64,000 nt of DNA from an uncultured bacterium (lineage in GTDB: Bacteria; Patescibacteriota; Minisyncoccia; UBA6257; GWB1-50-10). Under the pieces are notes generated by a model that saw only the letters and a program-made list of their open reading frames with translations, ran no database searches and was not told where the DNA came from. This document shows positions 46,433-55,793 of this stretch, piece after piece (positions within the stretch are counted from its first letter, which is position 1; each line of letters starts with the position of its first letter). The stretch spans positions 298,466-362,465 of the forward strand of contig CAVYJB010000002.1 in NCBI GenBank assembly GCA_963768835.1. Direction: 5' to 3'. A program made the position numbers and the translations under genes.

Positions 46433-46474
46433 ACGAAGTTTCGAACATACACTCACCACTCAAGGAGGCAACCA

Positions 46475-46738
46475 ATGGCAACCCCAGACAATGCTTCCAC
46501 GGAGGCTAAGGCGTGGTCGCTGGACGTTCCGCAGTCGAACCAAGAGTTCGTCCGGAAGTGCCTTGCCCTGAAGATGGCGACTCCGTCGCTCGCGGATCTG
46601 ACGCGAGCGCAGAAGCTCAAGCTACTGACGGATTTCTTTGTGTCCGTGCTGGCCGAAAGCTATTTCGATGGGAGCGGCTTTGATGTCGCGGTCATCGCGG
46701 CCATGTTCAAGCTTCAGGAAAGATTCAAGGATGAGTAG
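46475..46738 (+). CDS. Small hypothetical protein
   Basis: 87 aa. Strong SD (CAAGGAGG) 7 nt before the ATG. Confidence 0.6.
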   Translation: MATPDNASTEAKAWSLDVPQSNQEFVRKCLALKMATPSLADLTRAQKLKLLTDFFVSVLAESYFDGSGFDVAVIAAMFKLQERFKDE

Positions 46739-46761
46739 TCCGCATATCTGTATCCACACCA

Positions 46762-46799
46762 ACGCCGCCACGCTTAACAGCTGAAGCGGCGTTTTTATT
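46762..46799 (+). terminator. Rho-independent terminator closing the + strand cassette array
   Basis: acgccgc...gcggcgt hairpin followed by tttttatt. Confidence 0.55.
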
Positions 46800-46983
46800 C
46801 ACAGAAGCGCCGATATCCAGTTTTAGCCTCTTGGGCTTGGATATCCCAAGTGATTTGGCAGCTGAACGGATTGTAACGTAGGAGCGGCGCACTGCTGACT
46901 CTGGGGCCTTGTGTGTGCGAATCTGTCGAGGACACGGTCTTCGCTGACACGCTCAGCTGCTTGCGAGTAGCAAGCGCAGAACG

Positions 46984-47247
46984 CTATTTCGGAACCCTAA
47001 TTATAGGAGAGTCACACATCACATCAGGATCAGGCCTCCCTCCAGACCAGGGTGTTCCGTTGCCGCCTCGCTCCTCTATAGAAGCGACGCTCTCGAACAT
47101 CATCTTCGTGTTCTTGAGGTTCCTGCTAGGCCGGGCCAGTTCCGCCGCGAGGACCACAGGAAAGCAGAGAGGGTAGATTCGTTCGGGAACATCCCGAAGA
47201 AGGTACTCAACCCACTCAATGGCTGCTTTCAGCCTTTTTTCTGTCAT
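46984..47247 (-). CDS. Small hypothetical protein (phage-associated?)
   Basis: 87 aa. Its ATG overlaps the stop of the upstream small ORF (ATGA). Confidence 0.3.
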   Translation of the reverse strand: MTEKRLKAAIEWVEYLLRDVPERIYPLCFPVVLAAELARPSRNLKNTKMMFESVASIEERGGNGTPWSGGRPDPDVMCDSPIIRVPK

Positions 47248-47414
47248 AAGTATTTTCTGCTGTTTTGCACGACCTTTGTTTCCGATGGATAGATGCTTGT
47301 GAGTGATCCATTGCTCCCAGCCCCGTGTATATCAGCGTCCGTCATAGAACCCAGTGAGGCGTCTCCTTCTCGGTCGGCATATTCGACGATGATAAGCTGT
47401 GGAATATACGTCAT
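47244..47414 (-). CDS. Small hypothetical ORF (56 aa) immediately downstream of terL
   Basis: MTYIPQLIIVEYADREGDASLGSM... Not in the ORF track (<60 aa). Sits between terL and ORF 46984-47247. Confidence 0.25.
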   Translation of the reverse strand: MTYIPQLIIVEYADREGDASLGSMTDADIHGAGSNGSLTSIYPSETKVVQNSRKYL

Positions 47415-47417
47415 GTT

Positions 47418-49049
47418 TCAACAAATGAAGCCTCCTTTCCGCGGCCCGTTCCGCCTTGGCCAAGGCCCGCTGCGACCGGACATCCTTTGTCCCTCGGACT
47501 CCTGGCTCACGTCCCGGTCCGCCTCATCCTCGTACGGTTTGCGGAGCACAGGGTCCTTCAGCATAGCGAGCGTCTCTTCGTTGCTCAGGCCGGATTCGGG
47601 GCCGCGGTACGGACCCTTCGGAAAGATGAACCCCGGTACCGTGTTCCGAAGGACGGCGAACGCCGCGAGACATAGCGCATCGCACAAATCGTCTCGAGAC
47701 TCCTTCCCGAACCCCACGAGCTGCTCGATCACAGTCTCGCAGCCCTTCCTCGGGAACAGGATCTTCCCCTCCCGGATCAGGTATCCGAGAATAGCGAACC
47801 GGGTGCGCTTGTCGTATGGCAGCTTGTCCGCCGTGGCCTTCATGCGGCCCAGGGAATTCACCTGCTCCGGCAGGGATTTCTGGTACCCGATCGCCTCGAT
47901 CCGCACATCCACCGGCCGATAGCCGGTCATGAGGTGGTTGTACCGCCGCTCGAGCTCGTCCACGGTCTCCGGGAAGTTGACGTGGTCGTTGAAAGGGTCG
48001 GGATAGAGGAAAAGTTTCGTCTCCTCCCCGGAATTGCAGACGATCCCGCTCACGATGGCAGTGCAGTCCGAGGTCTGCTTCTTGGAAATCGCGGGGTCGC
48101 ACCCCATCACGAACCCGCGCACGTACCCCGCGTCCGGGAGCCTGTCGTAGTACTGGATCCATTCCCGTTCCACCACCGATTCCTGGGTGGAGATGAACTT
48201 CAGGTTCATCTCGCGCTGGTAGTCGGCCTCGTCGAGAAACTTCTTCCGCTCCGCTGCGAGGACCTCGGGAGTGTACCGCTCGGGCCAGGCGATCGATCCG
48301 TCCTCCCGCTCGAGCGGGTAGGCGCGGAAGACCCCGCTCATCTGTCCGGACTCAATCGCGCCCCCGAGGCGCATGAGGGTGGAGAGAGGGTGGAGGAGAT
48401 TCCCGACCACAACGATTCGCGTCTCCTTCCCCACGCCTCCGAGGAAGAGGATCTCGCTCTGAAAGTAATGAAAGTCTTTCTCCCTGCCGTCATCGCTGCG
48501 GACCGACTTCATGTCCTGGATGTCATCTGCGATTATTAGCTGCGGCCGATAGTGCTTGTATTTCAAACCGCGGACGGATTGTCCCGCCGAGACGGCCAGA
48601 ATCTTCGTGTCGTAGCGGGGGATGATAATCTCGTTCTGGGCCCACTTCTTGAACTCTTCCCGGGATAACCCGAAGTCCTTGCGGAGGAGCCCATCCCGTT
48701 CGAGGACGTCCCGGATATTCGCGAGATGCTGCTCCGCCTGTTGCTGGGTGTCGCTGAAGATGACGATGAAATGTATTCCCTGAGCCATCGCAGCGTAGAG
48801 GGGATAGCACTGCGTGAAGACGAATGATTTTCCGCAGCCTCTGAATCCCGAGACGACAAGCAGAGGCGCGTCGCCGGCCGCCAGTTTGAACATCTCTCTA
48901 TGAAAATTCGCGGTCGGCGCGAACATGGCTTCCGGGAAATAGGTCCGGGCGAAGAGGTAGAGATTCTTCGTCACGAGGGCTTTCCGGAACGTCCGGCTCT
49001 CCTGCGCGCGCCGGATGATGTCGTCTAAGGAATCATTGTTCATGGTCAT
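47418..49049 (-). CDS. terL: Phage terminase large subunit (TerL) homolog
   Basis: 543 aa. ATPase Walker A LLVVSGFRGCGKSF and Walker B-like LIIADD. C-terminal RNaseH-like nuclease region (GFVMGCDPAISK...DCTAIVSG...). Confidence 0.8.
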   Translation of the reverse strand: MTMNNDSLDDIIRRAQESRTFRKALVTKNLYLFARTYFPEAMFAPTANFHREMFKLAAGDAPLLVVSGFRGCGKSFVFTQCYPLYAAMAQGIHFIVIFSDTQQQAEQHLANIRDVLERDGLLRKDFGLSREEFKKWAQNEIIIPRYDTKILAVSAGQSVRGLKYKHYRPQLIIADDIQDMKSVRSDDGREKDFHYFQSEILFLGGVGKETRIVVVGNLLHPLSTLMRLGGAIESGQMSGVFRAYPLEREDGSIAWPERYTPEVLAAERKKFLDEADYQREMNLKFISTQESVVEREWIQYYDRLPDAGYVRGFVMGCDPAISKKQTSDCTAIVSGIVCNSGEETKLFLYPDPFNDHVNFPETVDELERRYNHLMTGYRPVDVRIEAIGYQKSLPEQVNSLGRMKATADKLPYDKRTRFAILGYLIREGKILFPRKGCETVIEQLVGFGKESRDDLCDALCLAAFAVLRNTVPGFIFPKGPYRGPESGLSNEETLAMLKDPVLRKPYEDEADRDVSQESEGQRMSGRSGPWPRRNGPRKGGFIC

Positions 49050-49587
49050 CGGTATCCGGTTCTTGTTGTGCGGGAAGCGCGTCCCTGATCGCCCGTTCGA
49101 TGATGTCCTTCTCCTCTTCGGTAAGAGGCTCCTCCGCGATAGCGACGCGTCCCGCGAGTTCCAGTTTATGCGAGTACGTGGCGCTGTGAGATTGTAACCA
49201 AAAACGGATGGCCGGAAAGTAGCCGGCCTTAATGAGTCTTATGATTTTCGATTCGCTCAGGTCGTTGACGGCCAAGATGCCTTGCGCCATGGCTTCGCCC
49301 GCGGCGGTTTTGAAGGCCGGGTCTGAATTGCACATGCGATAAAAAGTCGTGCGGCCCACGCGAGCATTCTTGCACGCGTAACTGATCACGGGGCGTTGCT
49401 GCAGGAAACCAAGAATCACTTCCTTCTTGGCCTTCTGTCGGATCGCCACCGCATCCGTATCTATCTCATCCGGTCCGACGACGCTGACATTAATGGATTC
49501 AGCGATGACAACATGATCGAATGCCATAACAGGTAAGCACTCGCTCGTCGCAGTGTTTTGGGGGGCGCTGATGAGGTATACACTCAT
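49033..49587 (-). CDS. terS: Putative phage terminase small subunit (HTH protein)
   Basis: 184 aa. HTH-like ISYACKNARVGRTTFYRMCNSDPAF. Overlaps the terL start by 17 nt. A TATAAT box lies 7 nt upstream of the ATG (near-leaderless). Confidence 0.5.
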   Translation of the reverse strand: MSVYLISAPQNTATSECLPVMAFDHVVIAESINVSVVGPDEIDTDAVAIRQKAKKEVILGFLQQRPVISYACKNARVGRTTFYRMCNSDPAFKTAAGEAMAQGILAVNDLSESKIIRLIKAGYFPAIRFWLQSHSATYSHKLELAGRVAIAEEPLTEEEKDIIERAIRDALPAQQEPDTDDHEQ

Positions 49588-49996
49588 ACCTAATTATACT
49601 GATTTTTAGGCCTTTATTTCGTCCAGGACGCTCCCCAACTTTCTGCTGCTGAACGCCATGCGAAAAGCCATCCTTCTTCTCAACTTTCCTTCGGTGGCGG
49701 AACCGGGGCCGAAGCCGTACGTCAGGAGGAGGGAAGCAGAGAAGCACCTATGTGGTACCCGGGACACGCGGAACAGGACGCTGTTCCACGGAATTCTCCT
49801 TATTTCTCAAGTGAAAACGGCCGTCTGGGCCTGAGGATGGAACACGATGCCGACATGCTCTTTCCGTGTACAGATTTTCCAAGGCCGTAGGGATATTACT
49901 GTACGGTTAATCGCGATGGAGGGTAACGATGTCTCACGATGGCCCTCCCCGCTCCTAGGGGTCGCCAAAGAAGCGACCTTCTGGTAAGCTCTTCGC

Positions 49997-51106
49997 ATGA
50001 AGAAATGGGAGGCACCGGTCTACCTTACGCTGGTTGTCGCATCTATCCTGCTCCTAGTCTATGAGTTCTCTGGAGTGACGCGTCCGCCGACCCGTCTCAT
50101 AGCACGTAGAGAGAGCAGCCCCCGCACGGAGGCGGCGTCCTCGACGGACCATTTTCCGCCCCTCGCGGTCTCCTCTCCGCGGGATGTGCGTGCGGTGTAC
50201 CTTACGGCGGCGGTTGCCTCGGTGCCGTCCCGTGTGGAGGGAATCATCCAGCTCATCCATTCCACGCGCCTGAACGCCGTCGTGGTGAACGTGAAGGACG
50301 GTGACGGCACCTATCTCGGGGAGGGGATGGCGCGGGTCGTCCAGAAGTTCCGCGCCGAGGGCATCTACCCCATCGCGCGGGTGGTGGTGTTCCAGGACAA
50401 CGCGCTCGCGCGCGCGCGGCCCGACCTCGCGCTCCACGATGCGTCGGGGACCCTCTGGGTAGCCGCCAAGGCCTATCTCTGGGTGGATCCCGCGAGCCGC
50501 GAGGTATGGGACCGCACGGTCGCAGTCGCAGAGCGGGCGCTCGACCTCGGTTTCCGCGAGGTGAACTTCGACTACGTGCGCTTTCCTTCGGACGGCGACA
50601 CAAAAGGCATTGTCTTTCCTATCTACGATGGCAAGCACCCTGCGTCAGCCGTCATGAGCGATTTCTATCGCTATCTGACCGATCGCATCCACAAGGACCG
50701 ACCAGGCGCGGTGCTCTCTGTGGATCTCTTCGCATACAGTTTTCTGATAAATGATGGTTTGGGAGTCGGTCAGCGGCTGCCTGACGCGGCCGCCGCGTTC
50801 GATGTCGTTTCCCCGATGGTTTACCCATCCCATTATACATCTGGTGACTTTGGCTATCCGAACCCGGCCACGGAACCCTACAATGTCATCCTAAAGACGC
50901 TTGAGGCGGGGAAGGCGCTCCTCTCCGCAAGTTCGACTGTTATTATCCGGCCCTGGATACAGGATTTTAACCTCGGCGCCATCTACGATGCCGCGATGGT
51001 GGAGGAGGAGATTCGGGCGGTGCAGGATGCCGGATACGGGGACACGTGGATGGATTGGAATCCCGCGAACATCTACGACCCTGTGAAGTTTCCACTCTCC
51101 AGTTAA
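49997..51106 (+). CDS. Membrane-anchored putative glycoside hydrolase (DUF4015/COG1306-like TIM barrel)
   Basis: 369 aa. N-terminal TM, then NAVVVNVKDGDG...GFREVNFDYVRFP motifs reminiscent of the DUF4015 family. Confidence 0.6.
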   Translation: MKKWEAPVYLTLVVASILLLVYEFSGVTRPPTRLIARRESSPRTEAASSTDHFPPLAVSSPRDVRAVYLTAAVASVPSRVEGIIQLIHSTRLNAVVVNVKDGDGTYLGEGMARVVQKFRAEGIYPIARVVVFQDNALARARPDLALHDASGTLWVAAKAYLWVDPASREVWDRTVAVAERALDLGFREVNFDYVRFPSDGDTKGIVFPIYDGKHPASAVMSDFYRYLTDRIHKDRPGAVLSVDLFAYSFLINDGLGVGQRLPDAAAAFDVVSPMVYPSHYTSGDFGYPNPATEPYNVILKTLEAGKALLSASSTVIIRPWIQDFNLGAIYDAAMVEEEIRAVQDAGYGDTWMDWNPANIYDPVKFPLSS

Positions 51107-51120
51107 GCAGCGTGTTTTGG

Positions 51121-52557
51121 CTAGTATGCCTCGTGGACATCGACTCCGTGCACGACAATCTCGGCGTTGTTCGGTGTCGGGTCCCAAATCGTGAAGCCGA
51201 TAGCACCAGTAAACGGTGGGTTCAGGGTCCAGCTGTTGATGAAGTTTAGGTTCGAGATGACGTGGTTGTTGAACGAGCAAACTCCGTTGGCTCCCGAAAC
51301 CTTGATATAGGCCGTCGCATCCGAACGGTATGGCAGGGTGTAGTCCAGGATGTCGCCCGCGGCCAGCGTGTGCTCATCTCCATTTATGATTTGTTGGAGC
51401 TCGATGTGGACGTCACCGAAGGACGTTTCGGTGAATTCGCAGGCCACGTAGTTGTTGTCGTTCACATAGCGCGCTACAAGCCCTAAGCTCTGGCCTTTCG
51501 GCCAATCAAAGGTTGCTCCGAACTGGAGATCGCCCCAACTATCCGAGTTCTTGAGATGCGCATTTGCGCCGGTTGTGGAAGCGTCAGCATGCAGATCCAG
51601 AGCGCCCATAGCGTCAATCGCCAAGGTCCCCCAGGTCGCACTCCAGTTCCCATCTCCTCGGAAAGCGGACTCCGTGTAGGGGAAAGCGAGTGCTTGTATG
51701 ACAGGTGCGGGAGGCAGAGGTTTCGGCGCCGCAGGCTTTGCCTGTCCCGGGCTAGCCGAGGGAGTCGAGGTAACTGTAATAAGGGAAGGGGTGGCCACTG
51801 CTAGAGGGAAGGGGAAGACCACCGTGTTCTTCGTAAGCGCCGTGACACGTACGTTCTTAACAACCCCCCTACTTGTGTTCTCTTTTGAGTCCCAGAAGAT
51901 GAAACCAATACCGCCCGTGGGAGCTGGGTCTTTCACAAGGTGTGCCCCCACCGCCTCCTTCCTAGCGATGGTACAGCCGACGTCGCTCCCATAGATGCTC
52001 ATCCCAAAGTCCCCGTTGGTACCCGGACCGCCTGCGACCGCGTCAGCACTCGTGATAAGAACATCATTGTTGTGTGTGCGCTCAAAGATGCCCACAGCAT
52101 TGGGGCCGAACTCGCAGTAGATGAAGTCCTGGGTATTGCTCGCGACGCGTGCCGCGATATCGAACCATCCGCCGCCGAGCCAACTCACATTCGCGCGCAC
52201 GGTGTAGTTCTTCCAGGAGGAGGCTCCACTAACGAACGTGTGGTCGCTCCGAGTGCTCGAGCTTGCTCCGAGAACCAGTGCGCCGCCCGTCGTAGGGTTT
52301 GTGTCCAAATATTTCGGCCAATACGCCCGGCTTGAAGTAGTGAGAGCATAGGGGAGCGAGAGAGGTACCAGGGTGGAGCTTGAAGAGGCGATGACGGTAA
52401 CGGGCGCGACCGTGGGGATGGTCGTCGTGGCAGCCGTGGTCGCGAGGATGGCAGCCTGTTCCTCCTGTCCCCTGAGGTAGAAGACACCGCCAGCAAAGGT
52501 TGTTCCGACAAGGATGAGTATAACGATAAAGACGGTCAGGTCTCGCTTGTTTTTCAT
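51121..52557 (-). CDS. Secreted protein with two tandem DUF1080/LamG-like jelly-roll domains
   Basis: The frame is open to 52599, but ATG at 52557 (MKNKRDLTVFIVILILVGTTFAGGVFYL) is the likely start. Two ~200-aa repeats both end in G.GF.FWD...N...V..V.V. Confidence 0.65.
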   Translation of the reverse strand: MKNKRDLTVFIVILILVGTTFAGGVFYLRGQEEQAAILATTAATTTIPTVAPVTVIASSSSTLVPLSLPYALTTSSRAYWPKYLDTNPTTGGALVLGASSSTRSDHTFVSGASSWKNYTVRANVSWLGGGWFDIAARVASNTQDFIYCEFGPNAVGIFERTHNNDVLITSADAVAGGPGTNGDFGMSIYGSDVGCTIARKEAVGAHLVKDPAPTGGIGFIFWDSKENTSRGVVKNVRVTALTKNTVVFPFPLAVATPSLITVTSTPSASPGQAKPAAPKPLPPAPVIQALAFPYTESAFRGDGNWSATWGTLAIDAMGALDLHADASTTGANAHLKNSDSWGDLQFGATFDWPKGQSLGLVARYVNDNNYVACEFTETSFGDVHIELQQIINGDEHTLAAGDILDYTLPYRSDATAYIKVSGANGVCSFNNHVISNLNFINSWTLNPPFTGAIGFTIWDPTPNNAEIVVHGVDVHEAY

Positions 52558-52718
52558 TTGACTTATAGGAAGATATGTATTACAAGTACTAGACTTCAAG
52601 CAATGTCCTCAGGGTCTAGTAGGCCCTACCATACCACATTGTCCCGGGACAGGCCAACATCAGTGCTAAAAGTCCGAATGGTATACTAGGATATCGTTTG
52701 AAAATTTAACAACAATGT

Positions 52719-53180
52719 ATGGATGAACCAACGGAAGTTAAGAAGAATACGTTTATCCTTTTTGCGGCGCTTGCAATTCTTATTGTGGGCGGGGTCCTTG
52801 TATATAAGAACGTAGATCCTGTGGTTGTGGAGCTCAATACACTGAAACTTCTTCCTAAGGCCGAGACGTTTACCGAGCTCTATTTCAATAATCAAACCGC
52901 GCTGCCCAATAGGGTCGTTCCGGGGACGGCCATCGCATTTTCCTTCACCATCCACAATCTCGAAGGTGTAACGACCACCTATCCCTACACCGTATACTTT
53001 GTACAAACTAATGGAGATCAGTTTGTCTTCGCGAATGGGAACGTAACGCTTTCCGACACCACCTCGACCAGCATCGCCATTTCGCAGTACTTTCCCTCAC
53101 CGGGGGTGACCGGAACCGTGGTGGTGAATCTAACTGGGCGGAGCCAAAAAATTGATTTCTTGATTTCAAACACTAAGTAA
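52719..53180 (+). CDS. Hypothetical membrane-anchored protein
   Basis: 153 aa. N-terminal TM (NTFILFAALAILIVGGVLVY). Heads the glycosyltransferase island. Confidence 0.5.
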   Translation: MDEPTEVKKNTFILFAALAILIVGGVLVYKNVDPVVVELNTLKLLPKAETFTELYFNNQTALPNRVVPGTAIAFSFTIHNLEGVTTTYPYTVYFVQTNGDQFVFANGNVTLSDTTSTSIAISQYFPSPGVTGTVVVNLTGRSQKIDFLISNTK

Positions 53181-53191
53181 CCATCCCCATT

Positions 53192-53953
53192 ATGTCGAGC
53201 GCTAAACTCAAAAAAATAACCGTCCTCATCCCGTGTCACAACGAGGAGAGCGGTATCGCGCATGTCATCGCGGATATCCCGAACACTCGTCTGAAGCAGC
53301 TCGGGTTCACGACTGAAGCTATTGTTATTGACAATAACTCGACCGACCGGACGGCGGAAGTTGCGCGGGCGGCGGGTGCGCGCGTCATCGAGGAGCCGAG
53401 GAAAGGGAAGGGGAACGCCATGCGTACGGGTTTCAGCGCTGTGAGCCCGGATACCGAGTACGTTATCATGCTGGACGGTGACCACACCTACAAGCCATAT
53501 GAGATTCCGCGACTCGTAGAGCCGCTCATAAGCGGCTTCTGCGACGTGGTGGTGGGCTCTCGGCTCGGGGGGAAGATGAACAAAGGCGCGTTTTGCTTTG
53601 AGAACCGCGTGGTGAACTGGGGATTCACATTCTTGGTGCGTCTGATTTATCGGGCGAATGTCACAGACGTCCTGAGCGGTTTCTTCGCCTGGGATAAGGA
53701 GGTGGTGGACGAACTGAACCACCACCTGGTTTCGGAAGGTTTTTCCATCGAGATGGAGATGATCACGAAGACAGAGAAGCTCGGATTCGAAGCATACTCT
53801 GTGCCCATCACCTACGACGTGCGCAAAGGCGAGACGAAGATCAATGCCGTGAGGGATGGCATCATCATTCTCTCGGTGCTCATTCGGAACCTGTTCTGGC
53901 ACCCCGATGCACCCGTAAGCTCCCGCAGGGTGAAGCGGGTGGCCATCGACTAA
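53192..53953 (+). CDS. GT2 glycosyltransferase (dolichyl-phosphate sugar transferase-like)
   Basis: VLIPCHNEESGI...IVIDNNSTDRT...MLDGDHTY DXD motif. Confidence 0.85.
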   Translation: MSSAKLKKITVLIPCHNEESGIAHVIADIPNTRLKQLGFTTEAIVIDNNSTDRTAEVARAAGARVIEEPRKGKGNAMRTGFSAVSPDTEYVIMLDGDHTYKPYEIPRLVEPLISGFCDVVVGSRLGGKMNKGAFCFENRVVNWGFTFLVRLIYRANVTDVLSGFFAWDKEVVDELNHHLVSEGFSIEMEMITKTEKLGFEAYSVPITYDVRKGETKINAVRDGIIILSVLIRNLFWHPDAPVSSRRVKRVAID

Positions 53954-53955
53954 CA

Positions 53956-55098
53956 ATGAAGGAGTCGGGCTGCAAGCGCATCGCCATCGTAGCTGACGCT
54001 GTTTATCCCTGGAACAAAGGGGGAAAGGAGAAGCGTATCTACGAAATCACGAAGCGGCTTGCCGCGCGCGGCTATCTCGTCACTGTCTACTGCATGCAGT
54101 GGTGGAAAGGTGAGCGGGAGATTGTACGCGAGGATGTTACCTATCACGCCATCAGTGCGTACCACCCACTCTACGCGGGAAGTCGCCGGTCTTTCACACA
54201 GGCAATGTTTTTTGCACTGTCCTGCCTCCGCCTTTTAGGGGCGGAGTTCGACGTTGTGGATGTGGACCAGGTTCCTCATCTTGTACTTTTTACAATGAGG
54301 CTCGTCTGTCTTCTAAAGCGGAAGAAAATGTTTGCGACCTGGCTTGAGGTGTGGGGTGAGAAATATTGGAAAGGGTACGTTGGGACGTTCCGGGGAGAGA
54401 TTGCTTATCATATTGAGAAAATAAGTGCGAAACTTCCAGATATCATCGTATCCATCTCGGCCCGCACCACGGAAGGGCTTCGGACTATACTAGGAAGGGA
54501 AAATGGGGTTTTTACAGTACCCATCGGGATTGATGTGGAGCCCATCTTGAGAATTCCGCCCGATGCGCGTTCTTCGGACATTGTGTATGCAGGGCGGTTG
54601 CTGGCGCATAAAAATGTGGATGTCTTGCTCGGCGCCGTTAGCATTCTGAAGAAAAGCCATCCGGAAATTTCCCTGATGATTGTGGGTGATGGACCGGAAA
54701 AAGAAAATCTCGAAAGGCTTGCTCTTGAACTGGGAATTCAAGGGAACGTGTTATTCCTCGGTTTCCTAGAAGACCACGATACGCTCTACGGCCTCATGAA
54801 GGCGTCCAAGGTTTTCGTTACACCTTCTACCAGGGAAGGATTTGGTATCGTCGTGATTGAGGCGAACGCTTGCGGCCTGCCAGCTATTGCGGTTACGCAT
54901 GACCAAAATGCGGCAGGGGACTTAGTGACCCCGAATGAAAACGGTGTGCTCTGTATGATGTTGGGCAAGCAAGGGCTCGCGGATGCCATTGGAAAATTAT
55001 TGAGTACCCGGAATGAGCCTGACCGGTATGTACAATATGCCAAACGGTATGATTGGGATAGTATCATACAGAAGATAGAGAGTGTATACAGAGCATGA
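53956..55098 (+). CDS. GT4 glycosyltransferase
   Basis: 380 aa. The C-terminal EGFGIVVIEANACGLPAIAV EX7E motif is characteristic of retaining GT4 enzymes. Confidence 0.85.
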   Translation: MKESGCKRIAIVADAVYPWNKGGKEKRIYEITKRLAARGYLVTVYCMQWWKGEREIVREDVTYHAISAYHPLYAGSRRSFTQAMFFALSCLRLLGAEFDVVDVDQVPHLVLFTMRLVCLLKRKKMFATWLEVWGEKYWKGYVGTFRGEIAYHIEKISAKLPDIIVSISARTTEGLRTILGRENGVFTVPIGIDVEPILRIPPDARSSDIVYAGRLLAHKNVDVLLGAVSILKKSHPEISLMIVGDGPEKENLERLALELGIQGNVLFLGFLEDHDTLYGLMKASKVFVTPSTREGFGIVVIEANACGLPAIAVTHDQNAAGDLVTPNENGVLCMMLGKQGLADAIGKLLSTRNEPDRYVQYAKRYDWDSIIQKIESVYRA

Positions 55099-55793
55099 AT
55101 TCTATTCGTGTAACAACTAGTTGGGACGATGGGCACATTCTAGATTTGAGACTCGCCGAACTACTCCGCAAATATGGCTTAGCGGGCACTTTTTATATTG
55201 CACCGAAGGACCGGCAGATTGAGCAGGGCAAGCGGTTGAGTAAGGAACAGGTGCGTGAACTAGGGAATAGTTTTGAGATTGGGGCGCACACAATGACGCA
55301 CCCCAAACTATCAACAATAGACAGCGAGATAGCCGTACAAGAGATAAGGGAATCTAAGAAAACGCTCGAGGAGTGGACCGGAAAAGAAGCCTCGAGTTTT
55401 TGCTACCCAAGCGGGGACTATACGGAAGTTCATAAGGAGTTGGTCAAGAGTTTAGGGTTTAAGCTGGCGCGAACTGTTCAGCGGTTTAAAACGGAAATTG
55501 GGGATGACCCGTTCGAACTACCGACCACGGTGCATGCATACCGACATTGGGCGGACGCTGGACCAATCTTAAACGAAGCTGGAGCCCTCAGCTTTATACA
55601 GCAGTATCTGAACTGGGATAAACTCGCGATTGCGTTGTTCGATAAGGTCCTTGTGGGCGGAGGAATATTCCATCTGTGGGGCCACTCTTGGGAAATTGAT
55701 AAGAATAAGGATTGGGGCCGCTTGGAGCAGGTATTTAAGTACATTGGACGACGTTCTAATATTCAGTACGTTATAAACCGCCAACTGGTATGA
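55095..55793 (+). CDS. Polysaccharide deacetylase (CE4 / NodB homology)
   Basis: TTSWDDGH (motif 1), GAHTMTHP (motif 2), FCYPSGDY (motif 3). Confidence 0.75.
   Translation: MNSIRVTTSWDDGHILDLRLAELLRKYGLAGTFYIAPKDRQIEQGKRLSKEQVRELGNSFEIGAHTMTHPKLSTIDSEIAVQEIRESKKTLEEWTGKEASSFCYPSGDYTEVHKELVKSLGFKLARTVQRFKTEIGDDPFELPTTVHAYRHWADAGPILNEAGALSFIQQYLNWDKLAIALFDKVLVGGGIFHLWGHSWEIDKNKDWGRLEQVFKYIGRRSNIQYVINRQLV

Noticed and set aside
47293-47922. 209-aa + strand ORF
   Set aside because: It overlaps the C-terminal part of the terminase large subunit on the opposite strand. Low-complexity Ser/Arg-rich translation.
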